Assembly (NCBI GenBank): GCA_951406725.2
Contig: OX597815.1
Span: forward strand, 76,446,001-76,510,000
Length of the DNA stretch: 64,000 nucleotides
DNA from: Octopus vulgaris
Taxonomy: Eukaryota
Direction: 5' to 3'
Every line of letters begins with the position of its first letter. Position 1 is the first letter of the stretch. Positions 62,541-64,000 of this stretch are shown piece after piece. Made by a program: the position numbers and the translations under genes. The notes under the pieces were generated by a model, which saw only the letters and a program-made list of their open reading frames with translations, had not been told where the DNA came from and ran no database searches.

Positions 62541-63669
62541 TCTTTCCCACATCTGTATGAATAGCTATTCCTACAGTTTTTCCGGTGGAATTTAAAACAA
62601 ATTCTTATATAGGATGAGGAAAGTAGACTGGCATAAATGGTGGTGTATTAGATTAAATGTTTTCAGTATTTAGTCTAGTCCTATGCTCTGAATTAAAATT
62701 CCATCCGAATCAGCTTTTGCATTTTGTTTCCTGAGGTTGATACAGTAAATGCTAGTCATGTAATGGAGGGAATTCAAACAACTGCAACTCCTCTCCCTTT
62801 ACAAATTTGTGACCTTGCACTTGCGTGAGAAATTTTGTTTTTTTAAACTGTAGGATAAAAGGCTATAGTAATTGAAAAGATTAAGTTTTATTCAGCTAAC
62901 TATGCATAATTTTGTAGCGGGAATATAGTCAGTGAATTTAATCCTCTATATTACTACTTTTATCACTGACCTCTCCTCCTCTAGAGGTATGAAACCCAAA
63001 GTTAATTATAAGTAGATTTAAACTCGGAATTGACATAGCTAGTCTGCAATGCAATTAGCCATCTCTTTACAGTCAATAAAGAATGTCTCAAAAGCTAAAT
63101 TCAGTATTGATGGGCTTTGACATGGAATCTCTATCTGTATGAATCAATTATCAGAATATATAGTACTATGTCCTGGCAGAAAGACATAAATCTCAATTAT
63201 AATGAGATGCATTTGGGAATTAGTTTATTGCTGTAATCAGTGGAAACAGTATGATTAATGTGTGTTTTGTGAAATGCAAATCCTCTGAAAATAACATAGC
63301 ATACTTTCCAGTGGGAAAGATGGCTGTCTGCCACTTTGTAACTTCAAAACTGGGTGAGAACATGTACATCACACCATGATATCAGTAGCAAATGGTGATT
63401 GATGAATGAAAATGGAAAAGACATTATGTAATAAAATGATACTAATGACAACAAATTGTTTCACAACACAAATTAGCTGTTGTATTCTAAATATAAATTT
63501 TTCATTCTACATCAAATATCTGAATTTAGGTCAATTGATATTGATTTACCAGTAAACTTCTGTTATATTAAAAAAAAAAAAAGCGGTTCAGAAAGTCAGG
63601 CATTACATTTTAGATTAGGTAGTTTTATCTGGTATTTTCTAGTTACAGTGTAAATAGGAATGATTAAAA

Positions 63670-63713
<44 letters not shown>

Positions 63714-64000
63714 TGGAAGCTGAATTGTAATAGGATGGAGTATGTGGGCTGGTATGGTGTCTTTAGAATGATGCATTAATATTGGTACATGAGGCACTAA
63801 GTTTTCTAAGAAACCATCTGGCAATGACAAGGGAAGAAAGGACAGGTCTTGATTATACTTTACAAAAGCTATATTGATAGTCATTGAAGAAGAGAATGTG
63901 AAAGAGAAAAATCAATGTTGCTAATGTAGAAATTATTATTTCTATTAGTTTGGAGATGATCAAGGTGAATATACACTTGAAATAATAATTGGTTTTCCTT

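Noticed and set aside
57600-64000. Second protein-coding gene downstream of the 54.7-kb promoter-like module
   Set aside because: No ORF or exon with a recognisable domain. Small exons cannot be excluded by eye.

Overview
AT-rich, microsatellite- and SINE-dense animal genomic DNA. The repeat families look like those of octopus/coleoid cephalopods (inference from recognition, no search run). The one clear protein-coding gene is a minus-strand NR6A nuclear receptor, an orthologue of insect HR4 / vertebrate GCNF. It has five coding exons (25220-23353, 22661-22513, 20814-20753, 19953-18969, 17226-17027) with GT-AG junctions and matching phases, giving 3264 nt and 1087 aa, with a ~600-aa N/Q/H-rich A/B domain. 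A likely promoter/5' UTR lies near 33 kb, and an E-box-rich, CpG-retaining upstream region extends to ~57 kb. The rest is transposon-derived: a ~1 kb head-to-head Penelope-like palindrome carrying a variant hammerhead ribozyme, R4/Dong-, RTE- and CR1/Jockey-like LINE fossils, a Helitron helicase fossil, a complete non-autonomous Helitron, nested MITEs and a tandem SINE array. Almost all other ORFs in the track are microsatellite artefacts. I found no convincing new multi-gene system. The best leads are regulatory or RNA-structural: twin divergent E-box promoter modules, the Penelope palindrome and ribozyme, and SINE decay creating NR6A-type binding sites.
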